Shown here piece after piece: positions 15,011 to 27,090 of a DNA stretch of 64,000 nucleotides. Every line of letters begins with the position of its first letter. Positions within the stretch are counted from its first letter, which is position 1. The stretch covers positions 744,001 through 808,000 of the forward strand of contig JADEYG010000002.1 of assembly GCA_016906335.1 (NCBI GenBank), given 5' to 3'. Below the pieces are notes generated by a model, which saw only the letters and a program-made list of their open reading frames with translations, was not told the DNA's origin and did no database searches. The position numbers were made by a program, and so were the translations under genes. Source of the stretch: Novakomyces olei (lineage: Eukaryota).

Positions 15011-15260
15011 TCTCCAACTAAATGCCCAATCAATTGATTGTTTTTGGCGTACTAATCGAGCTGTGCTTGTAATTGTGTTGCGATAAGGCAGTCGAATTTT
15101 GTGAAATGATAATAAGCTTGTTTCCCCTATATTATCGAGCAGGGTAAATATAAATATAATAATAATAATGATAATAATAATAATAAATAAATTATTATTT
15201 CGGCGCCAGCAAAGATCAATATTGATCATATTCAAAGGTTCGTCAACTGAATCGTGATCA

Positions 15261-16624
15261 ATGCGGCGGAGCACAGTCGCACTGCTGCAGGCAGCACAGC
15301 GAGCTTTACGGGCTTCATTGTATATTTACTTGGGAGTAGGAGTGGCTGTGCCGGCTTATGTGGGTGGATATTTTGCGTACTATGAATACAACCATCCTAC
15401 CCCGAAACAGTGGCCGATTCTGAAGCGGCTTGAACTGCACGGTGCCTGGGCAATGCACGAGAATGGCCAGTCGCAAAATTCGGTGAAAGCGCTTGAAGCT
15501 TTATTAAGCGATAAGGCACTGGAAGGCGATAGTGAAGGTGAGCATAGTCAATATACATCACTCATTTGCACACTAGCTAACTCTGACCTTTAGCGGTTAA
15601 ACAGGAACTGGCCAGCATTCATTTAGGTCTCGCTGCTGACTACAGAAATCTCGGCCAACGCGATGGCCAATGCCGACATTTAAATGAGGTAGAGAAAATT
15701 ATGGAGACCTCAAAACGAGAAGTAGCGCGAGAAGTTTATGCTGCATTTTTACTCGAGCGCGGTCGTTTGTATCTGAGCGATGGTAACTACAAAGAGGCCA
15801 ATCAGCATTTTCGCCATTCTGCCTACATCTTAAATAAGCCAGCACAATCAAATCCCACACATGTTGAGCCATTCTGGAGTGGTAAACGGCGGCTGGAAGA
15901 AAATAACGAAAACAAATACAACCAAGAACCTATCTTAAGGTTCGCTCTTTCACCTACAACAAAATTAAGCCCCAATGGATTTGAAGCGGTCCGCGAACTC
16001 GCAAGATCTTCTTTATTAGAACTGCAAGCTCAAAATGAAACCTGGCTAGGTTGGGCTCAAAATTTGAATTATTTCTCAAGACACGCAAGAACCGAGTCTT
16101 ATAAGGAACTCTGTCTTGTTTATGACAGTTTGCTTAATGCCTCGACGATGTGTGTCACACAGGAAGTTCCACCTTTTGAGAAAAGCGCGATCGAGCTTGA
16201 GTACGCTCGCTGCCTTTTGCTTACAAAGGATATAGATCACGCCTTGCAACAGGCAGATTCGGCATACAAGTCTGCACAAGACGAAGCTGGCTGGCTACAA
16301 AGGCAGTTGTTAGCAACAGAACAAGTACAAAAGTCAATTAAACATAAATGTGGGGCCGCTGCAGCGTCGGCAGTGATTTTATCTGGCAAAATTCAGCGTC
16401 GGTATAAAAATTTGGGCGTAGAAGAATCCAGATTGCTTTTTGTCGAAGCCATTCGGTTAGCACGGCTCGCAAATAGCACAGATTTGGAGAAGGAAGCAGA
16501 GGAGGCAATTGACGAGCTTCCTATTCGAGGAAACAAGAAGGACAGATATTCAAAGGACTCTACGATACCCAAAGCTTTTTCGCTTTATTCTCAAGATTTA
16601 TTGGCTCTTAGTGATTTGAAATGA
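15261..16624 (+). CDS. Hypothetical protein; probable N-terminal mitochondrial presequence plus TM helix, helical (TPR-like) body; 2 exons
   Basis: ORFs 15261..15593 and 15701..16624 linked by a GTGAGC...GCTAAC...TAG intron (about 15538-15593). Confidence 0.6.
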
Positions 16625-18162
16625 GGACATCTCCGAGTCTTTTTGAGAATCCTGGTCTGCTTTTGTGAAGGACGATTCGTCTATTCTGATTATACTTGTT
16701 CGCAATATTGAAAGCGAAGAACGACATAAATTGACCTGTTCAAGGCAACAGTAATTTGTAGAAGTCACAAAAGAATGATGGAAAGCTAAGTTAGTTTGGG
16801 ACGTCTCCCAATACGAAATGTCCATAATGAATTGTCGGTCCGAATTATACATGCTTGTTCGACTTAGCGACGGTACCAGCGTTTTGTATATTAAAGGAGC
16901 GAGCCGTAGCCTACTCTTTTTAGGCCATGAATGGTGAATGTAAGTATTTGCCAGGTTTGATCTTCAAAATGTATAAAGCTCTATAAGAAGATTCAGATAT
17001 AATTCAGACTTGAGCACCTCACCGCTAGAGAAAAAAGCGAATTTGCGTCATAGTAGTAACTATTAATTTCTAGAGCTCCTGGCATCTGCGCATGATTATG
17101 AAAACATATATATATATTGCATAGAGCAAAGATTATCCGCCTAACTACGTCTCCATAAAGACAAGCATGTCCCAATAATCGGCGGATTGCGACCTCCAGT
17201 CAACGACTTGGGCCAATAAGAAATCCCTTAGTGGTAGTTCAGACCAGCACAAAACCAAGCAAGCATCTCAGTGGACACGGCTCAGGTCTCATTACTCAAA
17301 ACAATTTTCACAAGGGGCTCTAAGTCTTAATTTTGGCTAATCAATAAATGTGCGGGTGCGTATACTAACATAGATGACCATAAAGATAAAAGTAGATGGT
17401 CAACAGTCCCTATGCGACCCTAACTGCATGTGCAGATAAAGTTTATCTTCTCTTTTGCCTTAAGCAGATTGCCGCCAAAAGCCAGCAGGAATATTGAGGT
17501 AAACGACGTTGCATCCGGCCTCTTATCGTGGCCCGATTATGTGCAAACACTCAAAATCTGGCGATCAACGGCGATCACCGACGACCGCGTCGACAATCGC
17601 GAAGAGAGTATTAATGTTATGGCATCATTTTAGCTTCATTTTAGTAGTATATTTGGCTATTTCAATCAGCTAAATTAACTGCCTGACTCTGCCTAAGCAA
17701 TAGATATAACCTAAGATTATAATAAACTGAGATTACTATAACTCGATGATAATGGTGGTAAATAATGAGATAAAAGCTGTCCGGAAAACCCCCATAGATA
17801 GCCGATAAGCCGATGATCAATATGTGAGCGCCAATCAATATTATGATTATGGCTAGCCACAAACGCGTGTCCCTTTCTATTATCACGTCAGGAGAATCTA
17901 GTGAAATTCTATAGAATATCTAGTACACAATGTAAGCTGTCTTGTGTCAAATAATTTATTGAATAGCTCTAGCGTCAAGGCTGGCTAAAATGCAAATTTC
18001 TAAATCTATACCCTCAACGCCTTGATGAATATACTTTATCCATCCGAGAATAATTAAGCAATGATGGTAAATAAAAAAGAGATGGGGAATAAAACACGAT
18101 AGAAGAATGGCAAAATCGAACAACCCAGTAAAATAGATAAAAGCTAGCATTCGATCCGCAGG

Positions 18163-19743
18163 CTATATTAATTGATGTACCGTAAAACCGGTTGAAAGTC
18201 GAGTTGGAGGCCGTTTTCGTGCGCTGTAAACAGTATCTGCTCTCGCCATTAGAACCATGATTGCCCGTCCACGGTAGCTTGCTTCCAATTTACCCGCCTG
18301 GCGCATAGACTGCTCGAGAACCCACATCCGTAAAAAATCCGGATTAGGCCTCGGTTCCCGAGTCTGAAAAATCGGCTGAGGCTGAAAAGTTTCGCTACGA
18401 GGAAATGTACTCTTTTGCTGCTTTTTCCGGGTTGCGGCCAGCGAATTTTGCTCTTTAAGCTTTTCCGCCTCATTACTTTTAGTGTTCGATGACCGTGATA
18501 CTTGCCAAGTGGTCAAAGGAATACTACGTGCTGACCTATTGTCATCCGTGACGTTGGGGGCCTGTGAAGTATTCGATAGTGCAGGTGAGCAAAGGCCAGT
18601 CAGTTTAGCATCCTCCACTAATTCTGCATACGTTGTCGGCAGAGCACGTTTCACATTAGGGTACTGCTCAGACACGTATCGCTCAGAGGCAATTGACGCG
18701 TTTGACGAGAGCGTGTCACGCTGCCTTGATGGCAGATCTCGCGGCTCCTTGGCACTGACAGTGTGCCCTGGCTCTGTCCTTTTCGCATTGCCTCCGTCTC
18801 TTGATTTGTCCAATTGCTTCTTTTCCGGTTTTAATCTGTTTGTCTTGGTGCGTGTAACTGACTGGTCTATGCTGGACTTTAATAAATCATCCTTTTCCCC
18901 AGCCGGTTCCCTTTCCCCTTCCCCTCCATGTCCACGACAGGCGGCCGTCTCGGCCCGGGCCCTGTGCGCCGCCTGGTAATCGTAGAAATAGTCCCGCAGC
19001 AGCTTTTTCGCACGCTGGCCTGTCCGGTAGAGCACTTGCAAGGCTCCATCGCCAGTCTGGCAGCCGGACTTGGATTCCGTAGGTCTAGACCTCGATGACG
19101 TAAAGGCCATTTTCATCTGCTCCTCAAAGTCAGTAGAATTATGGCACCCCTCTCGAGCCCGTGCCAAGCAATCCACGTCGTCACGTCCATCAGAGCCGAC
19201 TTTATCCAGTAATGGATCCAGCAGTGGATCCAATAGTGGATGCTCTGGGCACTCTTGCTCAACGGCAAAAGACGACCTATTCGACGCCTCTGTGCTACTC
19301 GAGCTCGGCCGCCGACGGTGGCGCTTATCGGCGGCAGTCTCCGCTACAGTGCACGTGGAATGAGCGTCCATTAAGATCTGATAAGCTGCAAGCCGGAGCG
19401 AATGCGGCTTTGCCGAAGCAGCAGCCGCCTCGTCATTCGGCCCAAAGAGCGGATCCTCGTCGGGACGTAAAGGCTTTTCTCCACTACGGGCCGCGGCCCG
19501 TCCCTGCCGCTCCCGCCGCTGGTGCCGACGGCACGCAGGCAGTGGCGGGATAACAGTGTCCTGCAAAACTTGCATTGCCGAGACAGATCTAGGCGAAGCG
19601 ATAAACTCGCCTTGTCTGTGCGCTAAAGACACTGCACACTCTGACGCTCCCACTGACGCTCCCATACTGCATTGCGTACGAGCAAAACAGCTCAGAAAAA
19701 GGCAGTGAAAAGGCACAGTCGTAAGCGACCGAGATCGTCCCAA
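18163..19743 (-). CDS. Hypothetical low-complexity protein (true start uncertain)
   Basis: 526-codon ORF with a compact, ordered-looking C-terminal segment PRPNPDFLRMWVLEQSMRQAGKL...GRA. Confidence 0.6.
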   Translation of the reverse strand: MGRSRSLTTVPFHCLFLSCFARTQCSMGASVGASECAVSLAHRQGEFIASPRSVSAMQVLQDTVIPPLPACRRHQRRERQGRAAARSGEKPLRPDEDPLFGPNDEAAAASAKPHSLRLAAYQILMDAHSTCTVAETAADKRHRRRPSSSSTEASNRSSFAVEQECPEHPLLDPLLDPLLDKVGSDGRDDVDCLARAREGCHNSTDFEEQMKMAFTSSRSRPTESKSGCQTGDGALQVLYRTGQRAKKLLRDYFYDYQAAHRARAETAACRGHGGEGEREPAGEKDDLLKSSIDQSVTRTKTNRLKPEKKQLDKSRDGGNAKRTEPGHTVSAKEPRDLPSRQRDTLSSNASIASERYVSEQYPNVKRALPTTYAELVEDAKLTGLCSPALSNTSQAPNVTDDNRSARSIPLTTWQVSRSSNTKSNEAEKLKEQNSLAATRKKQQKSTFPRSETFQPQPIFQTREPRPNPDFLRMWVLEQSMRQAGKLEASYRGRAIMVLMARADTVYSARKRPPTRLSTGFTVHQLI

Positions 19744-20320
19744 TATACTATGGCGGCCGATTTGCCCTTATCGCGTGGATAGTAGCGGGATAAGATACGT
19801 AGTACGCCGCTCCCGATACGGACCCTATACTTGTCAAAATATGATGTGTGAATTATGTAATGTAGTGTGCACTGCACAGATTTGTGCAGCGACGTGAAAC
19901 ACAGCGGGCGCCAAGTAACACAATGTGCGCCAAGTATACACGTTTTTTAAAAGTTCACTGTACCAAGTAATATAGCACAGTCGAGCTGCCAAGTAATATT
20001 ACACTGTTATTCGCGCGTGCTTTTTTGCGGCAAATAAATGGATAATCGTACGTATTTAAATCACAATAACAATATTCTGCTTTATACAAGTTTGTACTAC
20101 GTATATAGCGAACCATAGTAAACATAATAATATATGTACAGTATACACTTTAGCCTCGAATTTAAATTGATAAATTGGTTACACAATCGCACGCTCAAGA
20201 CAGACAGATACAGGTTCACGACGAGATGAATGAAGCATTCTCCGCTGATTCCAAAGTCTAATATCGCGTCTTGCGTAGATCAGACACACGATAATTCTCC
20301 AATGCTGATGCGCATCAGAC

Positions 20321-22680
20321 ATGGATTTGCTTGGGTCGTTTACTGACTCGTTGAATGGGCATTTCGCGTCGCTACGCGATATCCATAAAGTAATTGAAGA
20401 CACAACGAATCCCCTACAAGTGGCAGGTCTAACGCTGTCTAGGAGCTCGGCACACAGTATGACGCGTCCGCGCTGATTGAGATCTTGCAGGCGGCAATGA
20501 CAGCCCAGCTGGATGAGCTGCTAGCCGAACGCGATCGGACTCTGGCTAAATGCAACGAAATGATCCAGCAGGCTCATAAAATGCAGCAGAGCACTGGTGG
20601 CAAAGGCAAATATACGGATTTAGGAGAGCTTTCCGTAACTCGGCCTCTTATCCCGTGTTTAAAGCGGTTAACGGAGTCACTCCACGATTTATGGGAGGAT
20701 TATGCCCGACGCGAAGAAACAATACAAAGCTTAACCAGCGAATTGCGCACAATTAGTGATTCCCTCGGTGCGGGCTACCGGATCGAGTGTCCCATATACG
20801 ACCGCCGGTCATCGGCTCTTATGCCCGATGTATCGGACGAGTATATCCGAGACCTCAGGCAAGAGCACGCACGTGCCTTTGGCGAGAAGGAGTCAAGGCT
20901 TCGGCAAATCAGCGCATGGTCTCAAGACTGTATACAGATATGGGCAGAATTGGGGACACAGGTCGAGCAATTTAATGGCGCAAAAGAGGGAAAAGAGGGA
21001 AAAGACGATTGGGATTACCAAATACTACGTTATGGTACAACGGAGCCAGAAAGACTCGGAATTTCTACGGCGTCTTTGACCCGGCTGAAAGCGACGCATG
21101 GCGCTTTAAAAGCGGAGCAGCAACATCGGCAAAGTTCCCTAGAAACTATAAAAGTGCAAGTGCAACTATTATGGGAAAAGCTACGCATTGACAATACTGA
21201 GCAGACACTATTCCTTAAATCTCACATTGGGCTCACCGATGACGTCTTTGCCGCTTGGAAGCACGAACTTGCTAGACTCGAAGAGATGAAGAAGGAACAT
21301 TTACACATCTTTATTGATGATGCCCGTGCTCGCTTACATGATTTGTGGACAAGACTTTACTTTGCAGAAGAAGAGATGCTTGAATTCGTGCCTGCTCATA
21401 CCAATATTGTGACAGATGCCGCCTTGGCTGCTCATGAGTCTGAAATAGAACGCTTACAAGCATTATTGGATGAGCGGCAGCCAATACTGAGTGTTCTAGC
21501 ACGTCATCTTGAGCTTTGCGAAGAGCGTCATCAGCTAGAAATTTCCAGTAAAGACTCTTCACGGCTCACTGGCAAGGGAGCACGTGGTGATCCTGGACGG
21601 CTCTTGCGTGAGGAAAAATCCCGGAAAAGAATTGCTCGAGAACTTCCACGTGTTGAAACGCGTCTTGATGAGGCCCTGAAATCTTGGGAGCAAGAACATG
21701 GGCAACCGTTTTTGGTATGGGGGAGTGCCTACAATATTCAAAATACAAGCAATCATCTTTACAACACGAAATCTAGTAAATCAAGCACAGAGTCTTTGAG
21801 TACTAGCCAAACAAGCAATAATAATAACAATAGCAGAGGAAGAACGCTGTCGCACTCTTCTACTGCTACTAATGCCGCTCGAGCCACATCAGCCACGCCT
21901 TCTCTAGCTTCTTCATCTTCAACCACAGCCTCGCATCCTCCTCGACAAGTCTCAAGGTCACGCGTCCATGCCACACCGGCACGGAAGCCGTTTAATGACA
22001 CGGAAATAAACCCGAGTCTAACAGAGACAAAGCTGACAGACCTGGCGGTTTCAAAAAGCAGCCAAAGACCCATTGTAAATAACGGACATATTGGAGAAAG
22101 GAAGGGGACAATGGCAGCAGTACCTAAATCTATTACACGAAATATGACAGATTCAACGAGGCCAATATCTCGGGAAGCACGGAGACAAGAGCAAACACCT
22201 CAGAGTGCATTTGCAAAAGGTATTAAATCTGAAACCCGGATTGATTCCGGAACGAATTGTTCCCGGTTCGCAGCCATACCCAGCCAAAAGGCAACAGCAA
22301 TGGCGGCCACACCACTTCAATCGCGCAAGCCACGGACACGACCACAAACAGGAGACAAGACGGATCGTGGAACCGTTACTGGAGTCAAATTAGGGTTTTC
22401 CAGTTCACAGAACAGTGGAGCGAAACTAGCGACGGCCAAAGGGTCAGTGGCGACCGGAGCACCCGGAGGCAATTGGAGCAGTTGTGCGCGGACGCCGGTC
22501 AAATCAATGCTCGAAGCAAGCAGGTCAACACCGGCTCGAAATCTCGCACCAGAAATCGAGAACGTGCTTCGAACTGATCCGGAATCTTCCTTTGACGTAC
22601 TTTCATCACCAAATGCTTCTCCGAGACTGGCTCCAGCAACTGTAAATGGTGCTGATGATTCTGATTCGAACGAGTTTTAG
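20321..22680 (+). CDS. ase1: Ase1/PRC1/MAP65 spindle midzone microtubule bundler; 2 exons
   Basis: LWEKL...ELARLEEMKKEHLHIFIDDARARL..LW..LYF, SRLTGKG..GDPGRLLREEK.RKRI..ELP. Exon 1 20321-20389 and intron 20390-20442 are in frame. Forkhead-type GTAAACA at 20118. Confidence 0.93.
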
Positions 22681-22909
22681 ACGTAGACGATGTGCATTAT
22701 AAAATAGGTTCTTTCCCCGACGTTTTCCCTTCTTCAAAGCCATTTCTTCCAAAATGAATTTGCACTTGCTGGAAAAGAAAATTCAAATAGCTAAAAGCCC
22801 TTTGTAACTTAATGTAATAAGACTCTAATGTAATTGACTCCAATATCTTTTACCAGACGACAGTATAAATTAACACGCCTTAATACCAAACTTTCACCAA
22901 GCATAGATC

Positions 22910-23188
22910 TCAATGGATCAGGCGGCTGCCGACAATATGCTCAACGTCAGAAGTGACTTCAATACGACGATCAGAGCATTGACGGAACAAGCGGTTCAGA
23001 GGAACGCATACAATTTCATTGGCGCCTTCCACAGCACACTCAAATTGACGTAGTTGTGTAAGCGGGCATAGGCCGGCAGCGAGTTCACGATGGTCCTTTG
23101 CCGTTAAAAGAGTACTAGAAAAGAGAAGTGGAACTGTTGGATAGTCAATTTCCCGCCTGAAAGAGGAGACGTGTGGAAGATTAGCCAT
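22910..23188 (-). CDS. SOM1: Mitochondrial inner-membrane peptidase subunit Som1-like
   Basis: CPLTQLRQFEC...IVCVPLNRLFRQC...RIEVT matches the recalled Som1 four-cysteine pattern. Confidence 0.7.
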   Translation of the reverse strand: MANLPHVSSFRREIDYPTVPLLFSSTLLTAKDHRELAAGLCPLTQLRQFECAVEGANEIVCVPLNRLFRQCSDRRIEVTSDVEHIVGSRLIH

Positions 23189-23520
23189 ATTTAATGGCTT
23201 TATGAACACAAGTCTTGTAATTCAAAACAACGAGCCTTGGAAATAGGCAATTATTGAATAATGAATAAATTAATAGCAAATAATAATAAATAAATAAATA
23301 GTAATAAAGATAATTAAAAAAATTATTATTTTGAAGGGCCTTTTTAATATCGCCATATTTAACATTGCCATATTAAATGTGCAGGATGAATTATTTTTAT
23401 GTTTGAAAAAAGAATTTAATTTTTTCCTCGATAGTGCGAAAAGAAGTGTGGGTGCTTATACAAAAAATTGTATTTAATCAAAAGAAAATATACCACAGGC
23501 AGTTGCAAAAATTATCGAAA

Positions 23521-24667
23521 ATGGGCAGCAAGGCGAGCAGGAGAAAACAACAGGAGGAAGAGAACGAAGTGCCTCAGCTAGTCAACGTTGAGCAGCCAAT
23601 GGCGGATGACGTAAACTCAGAGGAGGAAGTGGAAGAAGTAGAAGACGAAGACGACGAAGGAGAGGCAGAGGAGTCAAGTGTAGACGAGGAAGATGAAGTT
23701 CCACTATCGGATTTGGAGTCTTTGATGGACGAAGACGAAGATCTAGTACCACAGCAGAGACTGACTATTAACAACATTGCCGCGCTTGGGGCTGCGTACG
23801 ACTCAATACGGGTGGACACTACAAAGCTACCTTTTAGCGAATTACAAGTCGTGAGCTCAACTGAGCCTCTCGATATTAAGGACATTGATGACGATCTGCA
23901 ACGCGAATTGGCTTTTTATACCCAAGGGCTAAATGCTGCTCAGAGCGCACGCAAAGCGCTACTTAAAGAGGGAGTGCCTTTTGAGAGACCAGATGATTAC
24001 TTTGCGGAGATGGTAAAAACAGATGCGCACATGGAGAAAGTGCGGCAAGAATTAGTGAATCGCGCCTTATCAGAGAAGCATTCGCAGGAAGCGAAGCGTC
24101 AGCGTCAATTGAAGAAGTTTGGTAAACAGGTGCAGGTCAGCAAAGAGCTTGAGCGCCAAAAGGAAAAGCGTCAAACTCTAGATAAAATAAAGATGCTGAA
24201 ACGAAGTATGCTCCTTATGTTTTATGTTTTATTTTTTAATTTTCTTTTAATTTTAATTTTTTTTTGTTTTTGTTTTTGTTTTAAACAGATCACAATTATT
24301 TTATGAATCAATTTTTGTTTGTTGGTTCGATTAATTGGTTTTATTTTGAGATTCACAATACTTCCATCGGCGTATAGTAGCTAACAGTTATGCAGAGCGT
24401 CAAGACGGGGCCGAATTAACAAATGAAGACTTTGACGTTGCATTAGCCGACGACGATGTCGGCGCAAAATCACACGCAGCGAAACGGCACCAGAAACGTG
24501 GCGATAAGCCCGGCATGAGCCGCTCTGCACGCGACAAAAAGTTCGGATTCGGAGGCAAAAAGCGGTTTTCTAAAAGCAATGATTTCAAGAGCACATTAGG
24601 TCTGGATGGCAAGGGATCGAGCAAAAAGGCTCGTCCAGGCAAGAGCAAGCGCGTCGCTCGTCGATGA
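23521..24667 (+). CDS. EBP2: 60S biogenesis factor Ebp2; 2 exons
   Basis: DDDLQRELAFYTQG, RPDDYFAEMVKTDAHM, LKKFGKQVQ. Intron 24206-24395; exon 2 has KFGFGGKKRFSKSND...RPGKSKR. Confidence 0.96.
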
Positions 24668-25108
24668 GCAGATTGAAGGATCTCTGAAATATTTGAGGTC
24701 TATGAAATTGTAATCTAGAAAGGGGTGTACAAGGGATTAATCTTTTGCTAATAGATACTTTGTGATTAGTCTTTTTTTATCGAGTTTGCCAAAATCTCCG
24801 TATAACTTGGGGAAAGTCTGAGCATTTCATGTCGGAGTATGACACAGAGATTGCAAAAGATAGCATGCGGAGCTCATTTATGTAAATAATTGTGATAAGT
24901 ATGTGTAAATAATTAGGATAAGGAAGGCTCGATCTCTCTTGGCCTCTACAGTCCCCGCCGAATATTGACGCTATTGGCCGCTACACTTTGATGCTCAGTA
25001 TGCAATAATTGTAGAATTACATTTTATTATACGTAGAATAAAGTTTGATTTATTTGCAAAATAGTAATATATTCTATTTTGTTTAATTAATGACACAACG
25101 ACGCGTAA

Positions 25109-26619
25109 ATGGCGACGAAGCGAAAGGCGCATGAACTATTAGGCGATGCCGCGAGTCTGCGGCAAAAAGCTTTGACAGGTTTTATATCAACGTCTTCTAA
25201 GCTCTCATCAAGTTCAGCGCCTCACACTAGCATTACGGAAAAACCAAAGTTTGACAAGCAAAAATGGATCGACAGTCTCAGCGCGTCACAGCGCGATCTA
25301 TTGGCGTAATTAAATGCTTTTGGCTCCGCTAACCCTCAGATTGGAGATAAATACTATGCATGAATCGTGGCTAGCCGTTCTGAGTGAAGAGCTTACCAAA
25401 CCGTATTTTTTGAAGGTAGAAACAAGCTACATTATTCGAAGCAATTGCTTACAAAAATTAGTTGAAAGATTTTCTTAAAAAGGAGCGGGCGACAAAGACT
25501 GTCTTTCCGCCAGGTATGATTTGATCCAAGGGAATTGCGCTAAATTTAAAGATGCGGACGTTTATTCCTGGTCGCGCCATACCCCTTTGGAGGCTGTAAA
25601 GGTCGTTGTTATCGGACAAGATCCTTATCATAATCACAATCAAGCGCATGGCCTATGCTTTTCCGTACGTCGGGGTATTGTTGCCCCGCCCTCATTAAAA
25701 AATATCTACAAGGCTCTTCAACGCGACTATCCGTCATTTCACGTTCCAGACCATGGGTAATTGAGGCTATTCTTCTCTCTATATTCTTATTTTGCGATTC
25801 AAATAGATACGGGCAAATGCTGCTTATGTCTGCGTTATCCCTTCTTTAAACTTTCAGCTGTTCGAAATCTTTATGATTCTATATTTTTTATATTTTTTAT
25901 ATTTATTTTACATTCTTTAAATATTTTGGCTAACAGTTTAGAAACTTATTGCCCTGGGCAGACCAGGGGGTACTGCTTTTGAACGCATGCCTTACTGTGC
26001 GAGCGCATGAAGCAAACAGCCACAATGGCAAAGGCTGGGAAGAGCTTACATCAAAAGTATTGCAAGCTGTGGCCAATCGGCGTAAAAGCGGAGTCGTATT
26101 TATCGCATGGGGAACACCGGCAGCAAAGCGTCTTGCAGGGCTAAAAGTATGATACAATACGGCAATTGCTATTTTTTGTTTTGTTTCTAATTTTTCTTTT
26201 AGCTCGCAAACCATTGTGTTTTGAAATCAGTACATCCAAGTCCACTATCGGCGGCACGTGGATTTTTTGATTGCCATCATTTCAGACTTTGTAATGATTG
26301 GCTGGCCTCAAGATACGGGCCGGAAGGTGCAATTGACTGGGATAGTTTGCACGACAGTCGACGCCCATTAAAGGAAAAATCTGGAATTGAAACATCAAAA
26401 GAGGTTGCAAATGGGACTGCCGCGGTCAAGCCTATCAACATTGGTGATAACGCTGTTTCATCAGGCAACGATAAAGCTAACGGAAGTGTGGGCAACCTAA
26501 TGAAAGATACGGAAGAGAAAGCAAGCATCGCCAAAGACGAAAATTTCGAGCCTTCTGAAGAAGAAACAGAAGCGCTTTTGCAGGCTTTGTCTCAAGAAGA
26601 AGATAAAATTAAAGCATAA
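25109..26619 (+). CDS. UNG1: Uracil-DNA glycosylase (family 1), multi-exon
   Basis: [44 protein letters not shown]; several short introns; ACGCGT at 25101. Confidence 0.97.
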
Positions 26620-26887
26620 CAGACTTTGGCCAAATGGGATTTGCCAAATATTTAGGATATAATATGACAGTTTGAGACCTTTGCTTCTGAAAACCAATTT
26701 TCATGACTATATGCGACAACGTGACTGGTTGAAAGTTTAATTCAAAACACCGTGTAAGCATGACGCTGAATAACACGTAAGGATCACTAATCTTGTAATA
26801 ATCTTCAGCAAGCCACGAAGCGCGTAAAACCGTCTAATGGAAAAAGAAGAAGCTAAAATATTACGCATATAAGAAAGTAAATATATT

Positions 26888-26903
26888 AGGGTTAGTTAGG
26901 GTT
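26888..26903 (-). promoter_or_regulatory. Telomere-like element upstream of SPB1
   Basis: AGGGTTAGTTAGGGTT, about 190 bp before the ATG. Confidence 0.6.
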
Positions 26904-27090
26904 TTCTATAACGAAATTATTACAGTTACAGAATAAGATGTAATATTATTAGACAAGTAATGCTAAAATCAGATTGTATGTACAAGCCAACCATCGCTTT
27001 TATTAGTGCAGATAAGGCACAATATATGAAATAATAATTCTAAAATAATTTTTCTTTGCTGTGTCAAACTGCCCTCTTGCTACACCAAGC

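Noticed and set aside
22846-22858. CTTTTACCAGA resembling U5 snRNA loop I
   Set aside because: Lacks the invariant GCC, the flanking stem and an Sm site.
24809-25000. GGGGAAAGTCTGAG resembling RNase P/MRP CR-I with a downstream ATGCTCAG complement
   Set aside because: No convincing CR-V/P4 partner or P1-P3 stems, and the context is an AT-rich EBP2 3' region; an Rfam scan would settle it.
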